This document shows positions 47,436 through 58,054 of a DNA stretch of 64,000 nt, piece after piece. Under the pieces are notes generated by a model. That model saw nothing but the letters and a program-made list of their open reading frames with translations, was not told the DNA's origin and did not search any database. The first letter of the stretch is position 1; each line of letters begins with the position of its first letter. The translations under genes were made by a program, and so were the position numbers. The stretch covers positions 175,805 to 239,804 of the forward strand of contig CAIOPG010000009.1 in assembly GCA_903860135.1 (NCBI GenBank), given 5' to 3'. Source of the stretch: Candidatus Omnitrophota bacterium (GTDB taxonomy: Bacteria; Omnitrophota; Gorgyraeia; Zapsychrales; Fredricksoniimonadaceae).

Positions 47436-48293
47436 CTATGTACCTACCCGGATATTCCCTGCGAATCCTTTCAATGTCTGAATACCAGACAGCACGGCCA
47501 AATAACTTGTTTTAGGATTATCAGGGCAAACGGTATTGTCCGTACGTGTTGTGATCGACCCAAACGGCCCCTCGGCAAATATCTCATGACTATTGCATCG
47601 GGCTGATGGTGATACCATAATACGCACACGCAAAACAGCATAAGGGCCAGCGGCCAAGGCGACTGCCGCCGCAACATTAATATTTTGTGGAAAATAACGC
47701 ACCGCATCCTCAACGCTACCTTCAAAAAGGATCGTATCCTTCTTCAAAGCATCAAGATCGATCCCCTTCTCTATAATGTAGGCATTACCAGAGAATCCGG
47801 CAGGCGGTTTGCTTGATGTCAACGTTAACTTGGTGATCCCGGCTGAAGAAGCCGCCTTGAGCGCATCAAGGCCTGCCACAGCACCCGACGGTAAAAGAAG
47901 TTTTCCCGAAGATTTGCGCGCCAAAGGGAAAAGGGTGGCGTGTTCCAGAAGCCTGCCGACACTCATGGCCAGGACGGTTTTCCCAGCGAGCAATGATTTC
48001 TTAACGATGGTGCCAGCAGCGGTAGAATTGACTGCTTCAACAATAACATCAGCATGGTCTATCAAATCATCAATAGAAGAAACAACACTGGCGGGATGCC
48101 TGATCGTTGCAGCCAGCCCCTTGGCCCTGACCAGATCAATGTCATAAAGAGCTGACAGGGTAAAGATACCCTTGAGTTCCTTGCTGACACTGCGTGCGAT
48201 CCTTGACCCGATCGCGCCACAACCAATAACACCCAGCCTGAGCCGGAGGTTACGCGCTAGTGCTTTGGGATTTTTCAGATGCTTTTTCATCAA
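47436..48293 (-). CDS. nadX: L-aspartate dehydrogenase (NadX family)
   Basis: 285 aa. GVIGCGAIGS Rossmann motif. LLPSGAVAGLDAL, LFEGSVEDAVRYFPQNINVAAA and DNPKTSYLAVLS match remembered Thermotoga NadX motifs (FPSGAIGGLD, VFEGSVEEA..FPRNINVA, ENPKTS). Confidence 0.8.
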   Translation of the reverse strand: MMKKHLKNPKALARNLRLRLGVIGCGAIGSRIARSVSKELKGIFTLSALYDIDLVRAKGLAATIRHPASVVSSIDDLIDHADVIVEAVNSTAAGTIVKKSLLAGKTVLAMSVGRLLEHATLFPLARKSSGKLLLPSGAVAGLDALKAASSAGITKLTLTSSKPPAGFSGNAYIIEKGIDLDALKKDTILFEGSVEDAVRYFPQNINVAAAVALAAGPYAVLRVRIMVSPSARCNSHEIFAEGPFGSITTRTDNTVCPDNPKTSYLAVLSGIQTLKGFAGNIRVGT

Positions 48294-49135
48294 ACCCTGA
48301 CAACAATGTTATCTATCAGCCGCGTAGTGCCGATCCGGACCGCAACCGCGATCAGGATATCACCCTCTATCCGACGGGCTATTTGAAATCCGTCGAGCCT
48401 GATGCACTCGATATATTCAATGCTAGCACCCGTCCCGTCGCAAATCAACTTTTTTATTGAAGAATTTATTTTGCCCACAGCGCGCTCCCCGTCGGCGATC
48501 ATGACCGAGGCATGACGCAGTGCCGCAAATATCGCAGCAGCACTGTCTTTCTCCGTCGAAGAAAGATAACTGTTCCTCGAGCTCATGGCCAGACCGCTCT
48601 TTTCGCGCCGCGTAGGGCATACGTTGACGCGCACAGGAAAGTCGAGATCTGCCACCATCCTTTTAAGTATCTCGGCCTGTTGGGCATCTTTCTGGCCAAG
48701 ATACATTACGTCGGGACAAACGATATTCAACAGTTTCGCCACCACCGTCGCCACCCCTCGAAAATGCCCCGGACGTGATGCTCCGCAAAGGATATCCCCC
48801 GCGCCTTCAATATCAACCCATGCCTTCGTCGGTTGAGGATACATCTCGGCAACCGAAGGGACAAAAAGAATGTCCACTCCCGCCGCCAATGCCATGGCCT
48901 TGTCCCGGGTAAAGTCACGCGGATAACGCGACAAGTCTTCATTCAGACCAAACTGGGCTGGGTTCACAAAAAGACTAACAACCGTAATATCATTCCCTTT
49001 GACGCTGGCCTTCATCAGAGAAACATGCCCGTCGTGAAAATACCCCATGGTCGGCACAAACCCAACCGAAAAACCTTCCTGCCGGTGCAAACGAAGCGCC
49101 TTGCGCATCGCCCTGATCGTTGTGATAACCTTCAT
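48290..49135 (-). CDS. panC: pantoate--beta-alanine ligase
   Basis: 281 aa. VGFVPTMGYFHDGHVSLM (HIGH-like), FVNPAQF, GHFRGVATVVAKL. Confidence 0.95.
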   Translation of the reverse strand: MKVITTIRAMRKALRLHRQEGFSVGFVPTMGYFHDGHVSLMKASVKGNDITVVSLFVNPAQFGLNEDLSRYPRDFTRDKAMALAAGVDILFVPSVAEMYPQPTKAWVDIEGAGDILCGASRPGHFRGVATVVAKLLNIVCPDVMYLGQKDAQQAEILKRMVADLDFPVRVNVCPTRREKSGLAMSSRNSYLSSTEKDSAAAIFAALRHASVMIADGERAVGKINSSIKKLICDGTGASIEYIECIRLDGFQIARRIEGDILIAVAVRIGTTRLIDNIVVRV

Positions 49136-49157
49136 CTGCTCCTCCCCGATAACCTGC

Positions 49158-49556
49158 TCATCCCCTTACCTCATTCAAAGGCCGCATGACAAAATCCCTT
49201 GTGTGCATCCTCGGATGCGGGATGATCAACGCTGGCGTGTTCATCTGGGCATTATCATACAACAGGATATCAATATCAATGGTGCGCGGCCCATTCTTTA
49301 TCAAACGCACACGGCCCAGTGCCGCCTCGACACGTTGCCCCGCCATCAGGACATCCAAAGGAAGCAGGTTCGTTTCAGCCCTGAGGACAGCATTAAAAAA
49401 AAGACCCTGCGGGGGGCCTCCCACAGGGGTTGTTTCCATGAGCGTAGATAATTTTACAGTTTTAATGCCTGCCGCATCGAGGAACTTGACCGCGTCATGG
49501 ATATTCCTGGCGCGATCCCCCACATTAGATCCAAGGCCCAGATAGACAGTTGCCAA
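49158..49556 (-). CDS. folK: 2-amino-4-hydroxy-6-hydroxymethyldihydropteridine diphosphokinase (HPPK), short form
   Basis: 132 aa. YLGLGSNVGDR, GPRTIDIDILLYD, IIPHPRMHTRDFVMRPL. Lacks the roughly 25-aa C-terminal tail of E. coli FolK, but the core motifs are intact. Confidence 0.85.
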   Translation of the reverse strand: MATVYLGLGSNVGDRARNIHDAVKFLDAAGIKTVKLSTLMETTPVGGPPQGLFFNAVLRAETNLLPLDVLMAGQRVEAALGRVRLIKNGPRTIDIDILLYDNAQMNTPALIIPHPRMHTRDFVMRPLNEVRG

Positions 49557-49583
49557 CCCAAGACTCCTTACACATATAAGCCC

Positions 49584-50747
49584 TTACGCGAGGACTTTGG
49601 CCATCCGCCTTACCGCCTCGTGGATCCGCTCGACGGGCAACGTGAGCGACATGCGCACATAGCCCTCGCCGTGCTTGCCGAAACCGACACCCGGGGTGAG
49701 CACAATATCAGCCTGTTCAAGGAACGCCTTGCTGCACGCCATGGAATCCGGGAACTTTGATGGCACTTTGGCCCAGACATAAAAAGCCGCCTTGGGCGGA
49801 TCGATCTTCCAGCCAATGGCGCGGCAACCATTGATCAGCGCATCGCGCCGTTCCTGATACACCAGACGCATGTCCTCGATCTCCGCCGGATCCATCTTGA
49901 GCGCGGCGATCCCCGCATACTGGATGGCATTGAAAACACCTGAATCCACGTTGGACTTGACCCTCGCCAGCGCAGCGACGAGCTGGGCATTGCCACAAGC
50001 CCAGCCAAGACGCCAACCGGTCATGAAATACGTCTTTGAGAAAGAATGAAATTCAATGGCGATATCCCTGGCTCCCGGGATTTCAAGGATGCTCGGCGGC
50101 TTAAGGCCGTCATAATAAACTTCCGAATACGCCAGGTCCGACACGATAATAATATTCTTCGCCGTACACACACGCACAAGCTCGGTGTAAAACTCTTTAT
50201 TGGCCACGGCCGACGTCGGATTATTCGGATAACAAACAATGATGGCTTTCACATTCTTGGCTTCTTCAATATCAGCGATCTTCGGCAGAAAATCGTTGGA
50301 GGCTTTCAGTGGCAGGTACTGGATCTTCCCGCCGGCAAAAGCAACCGCCGCCTGGTACGCCGGATACGCCGGATCCGTCAAAAGAACTTTATCGCCGGGA
50401 TTTATGACCGCCAATGGAAAATGCGCTAACCCTTCTTTGGAACCGATGAGCGGATAGATCTCGCTGGCAGGATCAAGATCGACTCCAAAACGCCCCTTGA
50501 ACCACCGCGCAATATCGATCCTTAATTGCGGGACACCGGCGTCAAAAGGGTAATGATGGTTCTTCCCGTCGGCGATCGCCTTCTGCATGGCGTCAATGAT
50601 AGGTTGATGGGTCGTCTGATCCGGATCACCCACCCCCAGATTGATCACGTCACGCCCCTGGGCCAATGCTTCACGCTTGGCTTTGTCTATTTCAAGAAAA
50701 AGATACGGCGGCAACTGTTTTAAACGTTCAGCTATTTCAATATTCAT
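49584..50747 (-). CDS. dapL: LL-diaminopimelate aminotransferase (class I aminotransferase, DapL type)
   Basis: 387 aa. N-terminal LPPYLFLEIDKAKREA, PLP-lysine region FHSFSKTYFMTGWRLGW. Sits in a dapB-dapA-dapF-lysA string with no dapD/dapC/dapE. Confidence 0.8.
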   Translation of the reverse strand: MNIEIAERLKQLPPYLFLEIDKAKREALAQGRDVINLGVGDPDQTTHQPIIDAMQKAIADGKNHHYPFDAGVPQLRIDIARWFKGRFGVDLDPASEIYPLIGSKEGLAHFPLAVINPGDKVLLTDPAYPAYQAAVAFAGGKIQYLPLKASNDFLPKIADIEEAKNVKAIIVCYPNNPTSAVANKEFYTELVRVCTAKNIIIVSDLAYSEVYYDGLKPPSILEIPGARDIAIEFHSFSKTYFMTGWRLGWACGNAQLVAALARVKSNVDSGVFNAIQYAGIAALKMDPAEIEDMRLVYQERRDALINGCRAIGWKIDPPKAAFYVWAKVPSKFPDSMACSKAFLEQADIVLTPGVGFGKHGEGYVRMSLTLPVERIHEAVRRMAKVLA

Positions 50748-51463
50748 TGACCCATCCCCAAAACTTCGCCCATATTAAAGAAACCTTTATCCTTCTTGGC
50801 AATGAACTTTGCGGCGAGCAAAGCCCCTTCGGCGAACATGCCGCGCGTCTTGGCATTGTGGCTGATCTCAATGGTATCGACCCCGCTGTCGAACGTGACC
50901 TTGTGATAGCCGACAACTTCCCCCTCGCGAACAGACGCGATATCCGCCACTTTCTTGTGTGCCGCATTCTCAATGACCTCAGCCATGGTCTTGGCCGTTC
51001 CCGAAGGCGCATCCTTCTTGTGAATGTGGTGCGTCTCGGTGATAGAAATATTATACGCCTTTAATGCTTCTCCCATTTTCTTCAAGAGACCAAAAACAAG
51101 ATTCACCCCCACCGACATATTCGTGGACTGAACGATCGCTACCTTCTCTGACGCCACGGCGATCTCGGCACGCTGGGCATCGGAAAGCCCCGTCGTCCCG
51201 ATCACGATGCCCACATCATATTTCAAACACGCCGCCAAATTATTCATCGTCGGTTCCGGCAAGGTGAAATCAATCAAAACATCCGCCCCCTTGATGGCAC
51301 TGATATCCCGTGCAATGGTGATGCCGTGCATCGATAAGGGGACATCCGTCCTGCTCGGACTTTCGATGAGTGCAACGATCTGAAAATCTTTATCCTTAAG
51401 GGCAAGTTCCGTAATAAATTGCCCCATCCTGCCCCAGCACCCTGTAATAGCCAGTTTGATCAT
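50744..51463 (-). CDS. dapB: 4-hydroxy-tetrahydrodipicolinate reductase
   Basis: MIKLAITGCWGRMG (start ATG 51463 with AAGGA SD; ORF-track GTG 51481). ETHHIHKKDAPSGTA motif. Confidence 0.93.
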   Translation of the reverse strand: MIKLAITGCWGRMGQFITELALKDKDFQIVALIESPSRTDVPLSMHGITIARDISAIKGADVLIDFTLPEPTMNNLAACLKYDVGIVIGTTGLSDAQRAEIAVASEKVAIVQSTNMSVGVNLVFGLLKKMGEALKAYNISITETHHIHKKDAPSGTAKTMAEVIENAAHKKVADIASVREGEVVGYHKVTFDSGVDTIEISHNAKTRGMFAEGALLAAKFIAKKDKGFFNMGEVLGMGQ

Positions 51464-51498
51464 ACATTCCTTTTCACGCACAACAAAAGTCTGCGCGG

Positions 51499-52374
51499 TT
51501 AAATTAATTGATACTCTTTGAGCGACTTCTTGAGCTTGGCAAGATTCTCAGGTAACATCTCGCACAGAGGGAGACGCAATTTCGGAGAACACACCCCCAT
51601 CAACCCACAAGCTGTCTTGACCGGGATCGGATTGGTCTCGATGAACATCGCCTTGATGATCGCCTGAAGCTTTGCCTGCTTGGCCTCTGCCTCTTTGACT
51701 TTACCTTTAAGCATCAATTCAACAACCTCTGAAACTTCCTTTGGCATAATATTGGCCAGCACAGAAATAACGCCGGCCCCCCCGAGCTTCATCATCGGGA
51801 TCGTGAGGGCATCATCACCCGAAAGCAGGTCAAACTTCTTGCCGCAGGCCTCTTTGACCGCACGCGCCTGATCCAGATTGCCCGAAGCTTCCTTCACACC
51901 AACGATATTCTTACAGTCTTTCGCCAAGCGGCAAACTGTCTCTGTTTCGATATTGCGCGCGCAACGGCCTTCAATATTGTACAGGATGATCGGGATCTTG
52001 ACGCTGTCGGCTACCGCTTTGAAATGCAAGTAAAGCCCCTGCTGGGTCGGCTTATTGTAATAAGGCGTCACCACCAGCGCGGCGTCGGCACCGGATTCCT
52101 CGGCATGACGGGTCAGACGCACCGCTTCTGCCGTCGAGTTCGACCCTGTCCCAGCGATGACCGGGATCCGGCGGCGCACCACATCGACCGTGATCTCGAT
52201 CACCTTGTCATGTTCTTCATGCGATAAAGTTGGCGACTCTCCCGTCGTTCCGCAAGGAACAATCCCCTTTGTGCCATTAACGATCTGCCGCTCAATCAAC
52301 TCCGCGAGTTTCCACTCGTCAACGCCATGATCTGTAAACGGTGTGACGAGCGCCACAATAGACCCCTTGAACAT
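51499..52374 (-). CDS. dapA: 4-hydroxy-tetrahydrodipicolinate synthase
   Basis: 291 aa. GSIVALVTPF, GIVPCGTTGESPTLS, and YNKP with an active-site Lys region (GVKEASG). Confidence 0.95.
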   Translation of the reverse strand: MFKGSIVALVTPFTDHGVDEWKLAELIERQIVNGTKGIVPCGTTGESPTLSHEEHDKVIEITVDVVRRRIPVIAGTGSNSTAEAVRLTRHAEESGADAALVVTPYYNKPTQQGLYLHFKAVADSVKIPIILYNIEGRCARNIETETVCRLAKDCKNIVGVKEASGNLDQARAVKEACGKKFDLLSGDDALTIPMMKLGGAGVISVLANIMPKEVSEVVELMLKGKVKEAEAKQAKLQAIIKAMFIETNPIPVKTACGLMGVCSPKLRLPLCEMLPENLAKLKKSLKEYQLI

Positions 52375-52401
52375 AACCCCTCCTCAGAATAAAGCCCTAC
52401 G

Positions 52402-53262
52402 TTATTTCGCCAAACTGCCTGGATAATAATATTCACCCTTACAAATAAAGCGCGCATTGCCCTTTAACCAGACATTACTGACTAAGGGCTTGGCATCAAC
52501 CATATCAAGATCAAAACTCACATCAAGCATTTCACCGCTCTTGGTCAACACCCGAACCAACGCGCCCTGACAGGCGAGCAGTTTCGTCGTGCCTTGAAGA
52601 TACCCGATCAACGCCGCCGCCACGCTCCCGGTGCCGCAGGCCAGTGTTTCCGCTTCAACACCACGTTCATAAGTACGCACCGCGAGGTACCCCTCCTTGA
52701 CGCGCTCAACGAAATTGACATTCGTCCCTTTGGGCGCAAAAGCCTGATGATGACGGATAAGGCGTCCCAGGGCTTCGATCTCCATTTCCTGGATCCCCTG
52801 AACAAAGATAACTGTATGGGGAACGCCGGTATTAATGAAATGGACGCTCATTTTCTTGTCGGCCACCTTGATCTCGATATCCGCACGATAATCCTTGGGC
52901 GCACTCAACTGAACCGAGGCCATCTCGCCACTGGCACTGGCATGGATCTTGCCCGCCAGCGTCTCCATCGTAAAGACCTCGGGCACCAGCGCAAACTTGT
53001 GCGCAATGTAAACCGCCATGCAACGCGCGCCATTACCACACATCTCGGCTTCAGAGCCGTCGGCATTGATGATGCGCATCTTGTGATCAGCGGATTCCGA
53101 GCGGGAAAGGACCATGACACCATCAGCACCGATCCCCAGATGCCGGTCACAAACCTTCACGGCCAAAGACGCATAATCCATAGAAGGATCATGGTCAATG
53201 ATAACGAAATCATTGCCAGCCCCCTGCATCTTGACAAAAGGCACCCTCACAGCATTGATCAT
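52402..53262 (-). CDS. dapF: diaminopimelate epimerase
   Basis: 286 aa. FVKMQGAGNDFVIID, and catalytic Cys motifs EMCGNGARC and ETLACGTGSVA. Confidence 0.95.
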   Translation of the reverse strand: MINAVRVPFVKMQGAGNDFVIIDHDPSMDYASLAVKVCDRHLGIGADGVMVLSRSESADHKMRIINADGSEAEMCGNGARCMAVYIAHKFALVPEVFTMETLAGKIHASASGEMASVQLSAPKDYRADIEIKVADKKMSVHFINTGVPHTVIFVQGIQEMEIEALGRLIRHHQAFAPKGTNVNFVERVKEGYLAVRTYERGVEAETLACGTGSVAAALIGYLQGTTKLLACQGALVRVLTKSGEMLDVSFDLDMVDAKPLVSNVWLKGNARFICKGEYYYPGSLAK

Positions 53263-54536
53263 TTCAAATACTCCGGGATAATGGATCCACGCACCAGATC
53301 CTTGAATGTTTCACGTTCCTTGACGACATCCCAAGCCCCGCCGCTCACCATCACTTCCACGGGGCGCGGCCGCGCATTGTAATTACTCGCCATCGCATAA
53401 CCATAAGCCCCGGCAGAAAGAAGCGCTAAATATTGGCCATCCCTGATATCAGGCACCTTGCGGTCATGGGCAAAGACATCCGCACTCTCACAAACAGGGC
53501 CGACCACATCGCAAACGATCGAACGTGCCCCTGACTTCTCCAGAGGAATGATCTCGTGATGGGCGTCGTACATCGACGGGCGCACCAGGTCGTTCATCCC
53601 GGCATCGACGATCATGAATTTCTTAAGACCATTATCCTTGGTGTAAAGCTTGCGGGTCACAAAAATACCCGCATTCCCAACAATGAAACGCCCCGGCTCC
53701 ATGATCAGGCGTAAGCGACGATCCTTCAAGAGAGGCACAACTTTACGGGCATAATCGAGGGCATTCTGCGGCTCTTCATCTTTATAAATAATACCCAAGC
53801 CGCCGCCAATATCAAAATATTCAATGACAACACCCTGAGCTGCCAGATCATCAATGAACGCCAGCGCCTTCTTGATCGCCGTGATGAACGGAGCACCTTC
53901 CGTGATCTGTGACCCGATATGAATATGCACCCCGTTCATGCGTACCGACGGGTATTTCTCACGGTCAAGGAACAGCTGCCTTGCCGTTGACAGGTCAATG
54001 CCGAATTTCTTTTTCAAGCTTCCGGTATTGATCTTGTCATGGGTAGGGGCATCGATATCAGGATTGATGCGCAACGCCAGCATAACCTTCTTGCGCAAAC
54101 CGGCAGCAATGCGATTGATATTTTCGAGCTCCGGCAGAGACTCAACATTGAACAAAAGTATACCAGCGCTGATCGCCAACCGGATATCGTCATCCGTCTT
54201 GCCGACAGAAGCGAACACCACTTTCCGCATGTCCGCACCGATCAATTTGGCCTTGCGGAGCTCCCCTCCTGAAACAATATCAAAACCAGACCCTTCACGG
54301 GCAAGTGCCTTGAGCACCGCAAGGTTGGCATTGGCTTTCATCGCAAAGCATATCACCGGATCGAGCGGCTCGAAGGCCTTGGCGAGCTTGCGGTAATGCT
54401 CGACGAGCGTGGTGTAACTGTAAATATACGCCGGCGTACCCGTCTTCTCAACAATAGCACTCACCCTCACGCCTTCGCAATGCAGCGCGCCGTCTATATA
54501 TTTGAAATCATGGATGGGATGTGAAAAACTTTTCAT
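53259..54536 (-). CDS. lysA: diaminopimelate decarboxylase
   Basis: 425 aa. CFAMKANANLAVL (PLP Lys), HIHIGSQI, DIGGGLGI, EPGRFIVGNAG. Confidence 0.95.
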   Translation of the reverse strand: MKSFSHPIHDFKYIDGALHCEGVRVSAIVEKTGTPAYIYSYTTLVEHYRKLAKAFEPLDPVICFAMKANANLAVLKALAREGSGFDIVSGGELRKAKLIGADMRKVVFASVGKTDDDIRLAISAGILLFNVESLPELENINRIAAGLRKKVMLALRINPDIDAPTHDKINTGSLKKKFGIDLSTARQLFLDREKYPSVRMNGVHIHIGSQITEGAPFITAIKKALAFIDDLAAQGVVIEYFDIGGGLGIIYKDEEPQNALDYARKVVPLLKDRRLRLIMEPGRFIVGNAGIFVTRKLYTKDNGLKKFMIVDAGMNDLVRPSMYDAHHEIIPLEKSGARSIVCDVVGPVCESADVFAHDRKVPDIRDGQYLALLSAGAYGYAMASNYNARPRPVEVMVSGGAWDVVKERETFKDLVRGSIIPEYLK

Positions 54537-55909
54537 TTAAGTCGCTTTTTCCAAAGACTGATCTGTGCCCGTACCATGTCCGGGTTCGTCGAACCCAGCG
54601 ATTTCTTGATCTTCACAGAAACATCCGGCCGGAGAAGGTTGGTCATGTCATCTTCAAACTGCATCGAATATTTCTTGAGCTGGCCCACATTCATGTCCGA
54701 GATCTTGCGCCCGTGATCGAGGCATTCCTTGACCATAGCCCCAACGGTGTCATGTGCGTCGCGGTAAGATACCCCCTTCTTGACAAGATAATCCAGGATG
54801 TCGACGGAAAAGAAATACTCGCTGGTGATGCGATCCTTAAGGACATCTTTCTTCACCTGGATACCGCCAAAAACATGCGCCATGATCTCGAGCATATCCT
54901 CAATGGTCTCGACCGTCTCAAATAAGCCAGGCTTATCCATCTGCATATCGCGGTTATACGTCAAGGGCAACGCTTTCATCAAGACCAGTGCCTCGACCAG
55001 CCGCCCAGGGAATTTCGATGCCGTACCGCGGACCAATTCAAGGACATCCGGATTCTTCTTGTGCGGCATGATCGATGAGCCCGTGCAAAACTCGTCGCTA
55101 ATGGAAATAAAATTAAACTCACTGGTCACCCAGAGGATGAGATCCTCACAGATGCGCGTGAGGTGCATCCCGGTGATGGCCGCTGCGGACATGATCTCGA
55201 TGATAAAGTCACGGTCAGACACAGAGTCAATGCTGTTGGCGGATGTCTTGGCAAACCCCAGTTTTTGCGTGACAAAATCACGGTCCGTCGGCAACGATGT
55301 GCCCGCCAGCGCGCAGGCCCCCAAGCTATTGATACTCGTGCGCTTGAGGGCATCCTCAAAACGCGCTTTATCACGCTCGATCATCTCGACATACGCCAGC
55401 ATATGATGCGCCAACAGAACAACCTGGGCCGACTGAAGATGTGTGTACGCCGGGATAATAACATCCTTGTTCTTGTCGGCAAAAGTAACAACAGCGACCT
55501 GCATTTTCCTGATCAGGGTCATGATATGCGCGATATGCTCCATGCAGTAAAGACGGACATCCGTCACCACCTGATCATTGCGCGAACGTGCCGTATGCAA
55601 CTTGTCCGCCGGCTGACCAATGAGTTTCCGCAACTGGATCTGGATATCGGTGTGAATATCTTCAGAGGAAGGGTCGCAGATATATTCCCCGTCCTTGATC
55701 GTTTTTAGAAGCGTTTTAAGGCCTCCGGTGATGGCACTGGCGTCCTTCTTGGGAATAATGCCCTGTTCGCCGAGCATCTGGGCATGGGCAATGCTTGCCT
55801 CGCAGTCGTACTTGGCCAATTTGGCATCATACGCTGTGCTGTAAGTGAACTTTTCGGAAAGCTTGCTCAGACTTCCGGTGAAACGCGAACCCCATAGACG
55901 TGCTGCCAT
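54533..55909 (-). CDS. argH: argininosuccinate lyase
   Basis: 458 aa. LWGSRF, TARSRNDQV, GSSIMPHKKNPD signature. Confidence 0.96.
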   Translation of the reverse strand: MAARLWGSRFTGSLSKLSEKFTYSTAYDAKLAKYDCEASIAHAQMLGEQGIIPKKDASAITGGLKTLLKTIKDGEYICDPSSEDIHTDIQIQLRKLIGQPADKLHTARSRNDQVVTDVRLYCMEHIAHIMTLIRKMQVAVVTFADKNKDVIIPAYTHLQSAQVVLLAHHMLAYVEMIERDKARFEDALKRTSINSLGACALAGTSLPTDRDFVTQKLGFAKTSANSIDSVSDRDFIIEIMSAAAITGMHLTRICEDLILWVTSEFNFISISDEFCTGSSIMPHKKNPDVLELVRGTASKFPGRLVEALVLMKALPLTYNRDMQMDKPGLFETVETIEDMLEIMAHVFGGIQVKKDVLKDRITSEYFFSVDILDYLVKKGVSYRDAHDTVGAMVKECLDHGRKISDMNVGQLKKYSMQFEDDMTNLLRPDVSVKIKKSLGSTNPDMVRAQISLWKKRLK

Positions 55910-55941
55910 AAGAATCTCCCTGCCACAGCAAAACTAAAAAC

Positions 55942-57117
55942 TTACTGGTGACGCTGAAACGGAACAGTCCAAAGTTTAATGAAACCTTCCGCGAGTGATT
56001 GATCAAACGTGTCGCCCTTGCCGTAGGTGGCCATCTTTTCGCTGTAACGCGAATGCGGCGATCGGCGACCGACCACCATGGCATGCCCCTTGTAAAGCTT
56101 GATGCGCACCGTGCCTGTGGTGTTAACATGATAGGCATTGAAAAACGCATCCATTTGAGCTTTAAGCGGTGTCCACCACAAACCATTATACGTCAACTCG
56201 GCGTATTTTTGGGAAAGGATCTCCTTGAAGCGCAGGCTGTCGCGGTCAAGCACAAGGCTTTCGATCTCGCGAATACCCAAATGCAACACAGCACCGGCGG
56301 GATTCTCATAAAGCTCGCGGGACTTGATCCCCACGAGGCGGTTCTCGATCATATCCACACGGCCAACGCCATGACGCCCGGCGATGGCATTCAGCTCAAG
56401 GACAAGCTCCAAAGGTTTCAACTGACGGCCATCGACCGACACAGGAACGCCTTTAACAAAACCGATCTCGACATAACCCGGTTTAGCCGGTGCTTTCTCC
56501 GGATTTACCGTCATGGAAAATACATCCTCGGGCGGCTCTACCATCGGGTCTTCGAGGAGGCCGCTTTCAATGGCCTTACCGTAAACATTGGTGTCAATGC
56601 TGTACGGGCTCTTCTTGGTGGCAGACACCGGCACCCCCTTGGACTTGGCGTAATCGATCTCTTCGTCGCGCGACTTGAATTCCCATACACGCACCGGCGC
56701 GATCACTTCCATCGACGGCTCCATGAGGCGGTAGGTCACTTCAAACCTGACCTGGTCATTGCCTTTCCCGGTACAGCCATGCACCAATCCGGCCGCCTTT
56801 TCCTTGCGGGCGATCTGGACCTGATGATGCGCAATGAGCGGACGGGAAAGCGCGCACGCTAAATTGTATTTGCCCTCATAAAGCGCTCCGGCCTTAAGGG
56901 CGGGGATCGCATAATCTTCGATCAATTCCTGACGAAGATCCAGGCAATACGCCTTCGAAGCCCCGGACTTTATCGCCTTCTCCTTGACCTTGGTAAAATC
57001 ATCACCCTGCCCCACATTACCGATCACCGCGATAATTTCATAACCCCGATCCTTAAGCCACGGAATAATGCAGGAAGTATCAAGCCCACCCGAATACGCC
57101 AAAACAACTTTCTTCAT
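55942..57117 (-). CDS. argG: argininosuccinate synthase
   Basis: Internal ATG 57117 gives MKKVVLAYSGGLDTS. HGCTGKGNDQVRFE. The 59-codon ORF-track extension to 57294 overlaps argF. Confidence 0.95.
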   Translation of the reverse strand: MKKVVLAYSGGLDTSCIIPWLKDRGYEIIAVIGNVGQGDDFTKVKEKAIKSGASKAYCLDLRQELIEDYAIPALKAGALYEGKYNLACALSRPLIAHHQVQIARKEKAAGLVHGCTGKGNDQVRFEVTYRLMEPSMEVIAPVRVWEFKSRDEEIDYAKSKGVPVSATKKSPYSIDTNVYGKAIESGLLEDPMVEPPEDVFSMTVNPEKAPAKPGYVEIGFVKGVPVSVDGRQLKPLELVLELNAIAGRHGVGRVDMIENRLVGIKSRELYENPAGAVLHLGIREIESLVLDRDSLRFKEILSQKYAELTYNGLWWTPLKAQMDAFFNAYHVNTTGTVRIKLYKGHAMVVGRRSPHSRYSEKMATYGKGDTFDQSLAEGFIKLWTVPFQRHQ

Positions 57118-57136
57118 CGCACAACCCCTTTCCTGA

Positions 57137-58054
57137 TCAAGTATATAAGAAAACCATGACCGCCTTCTGCACATGCAGGCGGTTTTCTGCCTCGTCGAAA
57201 ATAACCGAATGAGGACCGTCAATAACATCCTCGGAAACTTCCTGCCCGCGATGCGCCGGCAAGCAATGCATAAAGATATAATCCTTGTCGGCAACAGCCG
57301 TCAAGGTCTGGTCAATGCAATACCCCTTAAAATCCTTCAAACGCTTCAGGGTCTCGCTTTCCTGCCCCATACTCACCCACGTGTCGGTATAAAGAATATG
57401 AGCATCTGCCGCCGCTGCAGCGGGGTCGCGCATCAACTCGATCCTGGCTCCTGTTGCCGCTGCCAAAGCACGCGCCCGGGTCACAAATACGGCATCTGGC
57501 GCATAACCCGCCGGTGTCGCCACACTCATGTGCATCCCGGTCATGGCACAAGCCAACATCAGGGAATTGGTCATATTATTCCCGTCGCCGATATACGCCA
57601 GTTTAAGCCCCGCCAGATTGCCGAACTTTTCCCTGATCGTCAGGATATCTGCCAAAGCCTGGCAGGGGTGTGAATGATCCGACAACGCATTGATCACCGG
57701 CACATCCGCATAGCGTGCCAGATCAACGAGATCCCGATGAAAGAAAACACGCGCAATGATCCCGCCGACATACCGCGACAGCGTCCTGGCGATATCTGCC
57801 GTTGGTTCACGTTTTCCGAGGCTGATATCATCGGGCGCAAGATAGATCGCATTGCCGCCAAGTTGAAAAATACCCGTCTCAAAAGAAACGCGGGTGCGAT
57901 TCGACGGCTTTTGAAAGATCATGGCCATGGATTTCCCCGCCAGAAGTCCGGCATGCAGCCCCGGATTTTTCTTTAACTGCGCGGCAAGGTCCAGGATGGC
58001 CAACAGATCCGCTGGTGAACTATCCCCGATCGAAATGAAATCTCTTTTTTTCAT
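57137..58054 (-). CDS. argF: ornithine carbamoyltransferase
   Basis: 305 aa. FQKPSNRTRVSFE (STRTR-type), HPCQALAD, HCLPAHRGQEV. Confidence 0.95.
   Translation of the reverse strand: MKKRDFISIGDSSPADLLAILDLAAQLKKNPGLHAGLLAGKSMAMIFQKPSNRTRVSFETGIFQLGGNAIYLAPDDISLGKREPTADIARTLSRYVGGIIARVFFHRDLVDLARYADVPVINALSDHSHPCQALADILTIREKFGNLAGLKLAYIGDGNNMTNSLMLACAMTGMHMSVATPAGYAPDAVFVTRARALAAATGARIELMRDPAAAAADAHILYTDTWVSMGQESETLKRLKDFKGYCIDQTLTAVADKDYIFMHCLPAHRGQEVSEDVIDGPHSVIFDEAENRLHVQKAVMVFLYT

Noticed and set aside
49158-49556. folK as a truncated pseudogene (132 aa versus about 158 in E. coli)
   Set aside because: All core HPPK motifs are intact and in frame. The gene has a clean start and stop between dapL and panC. 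Only the non-catalytic C-terminal tail is absent.
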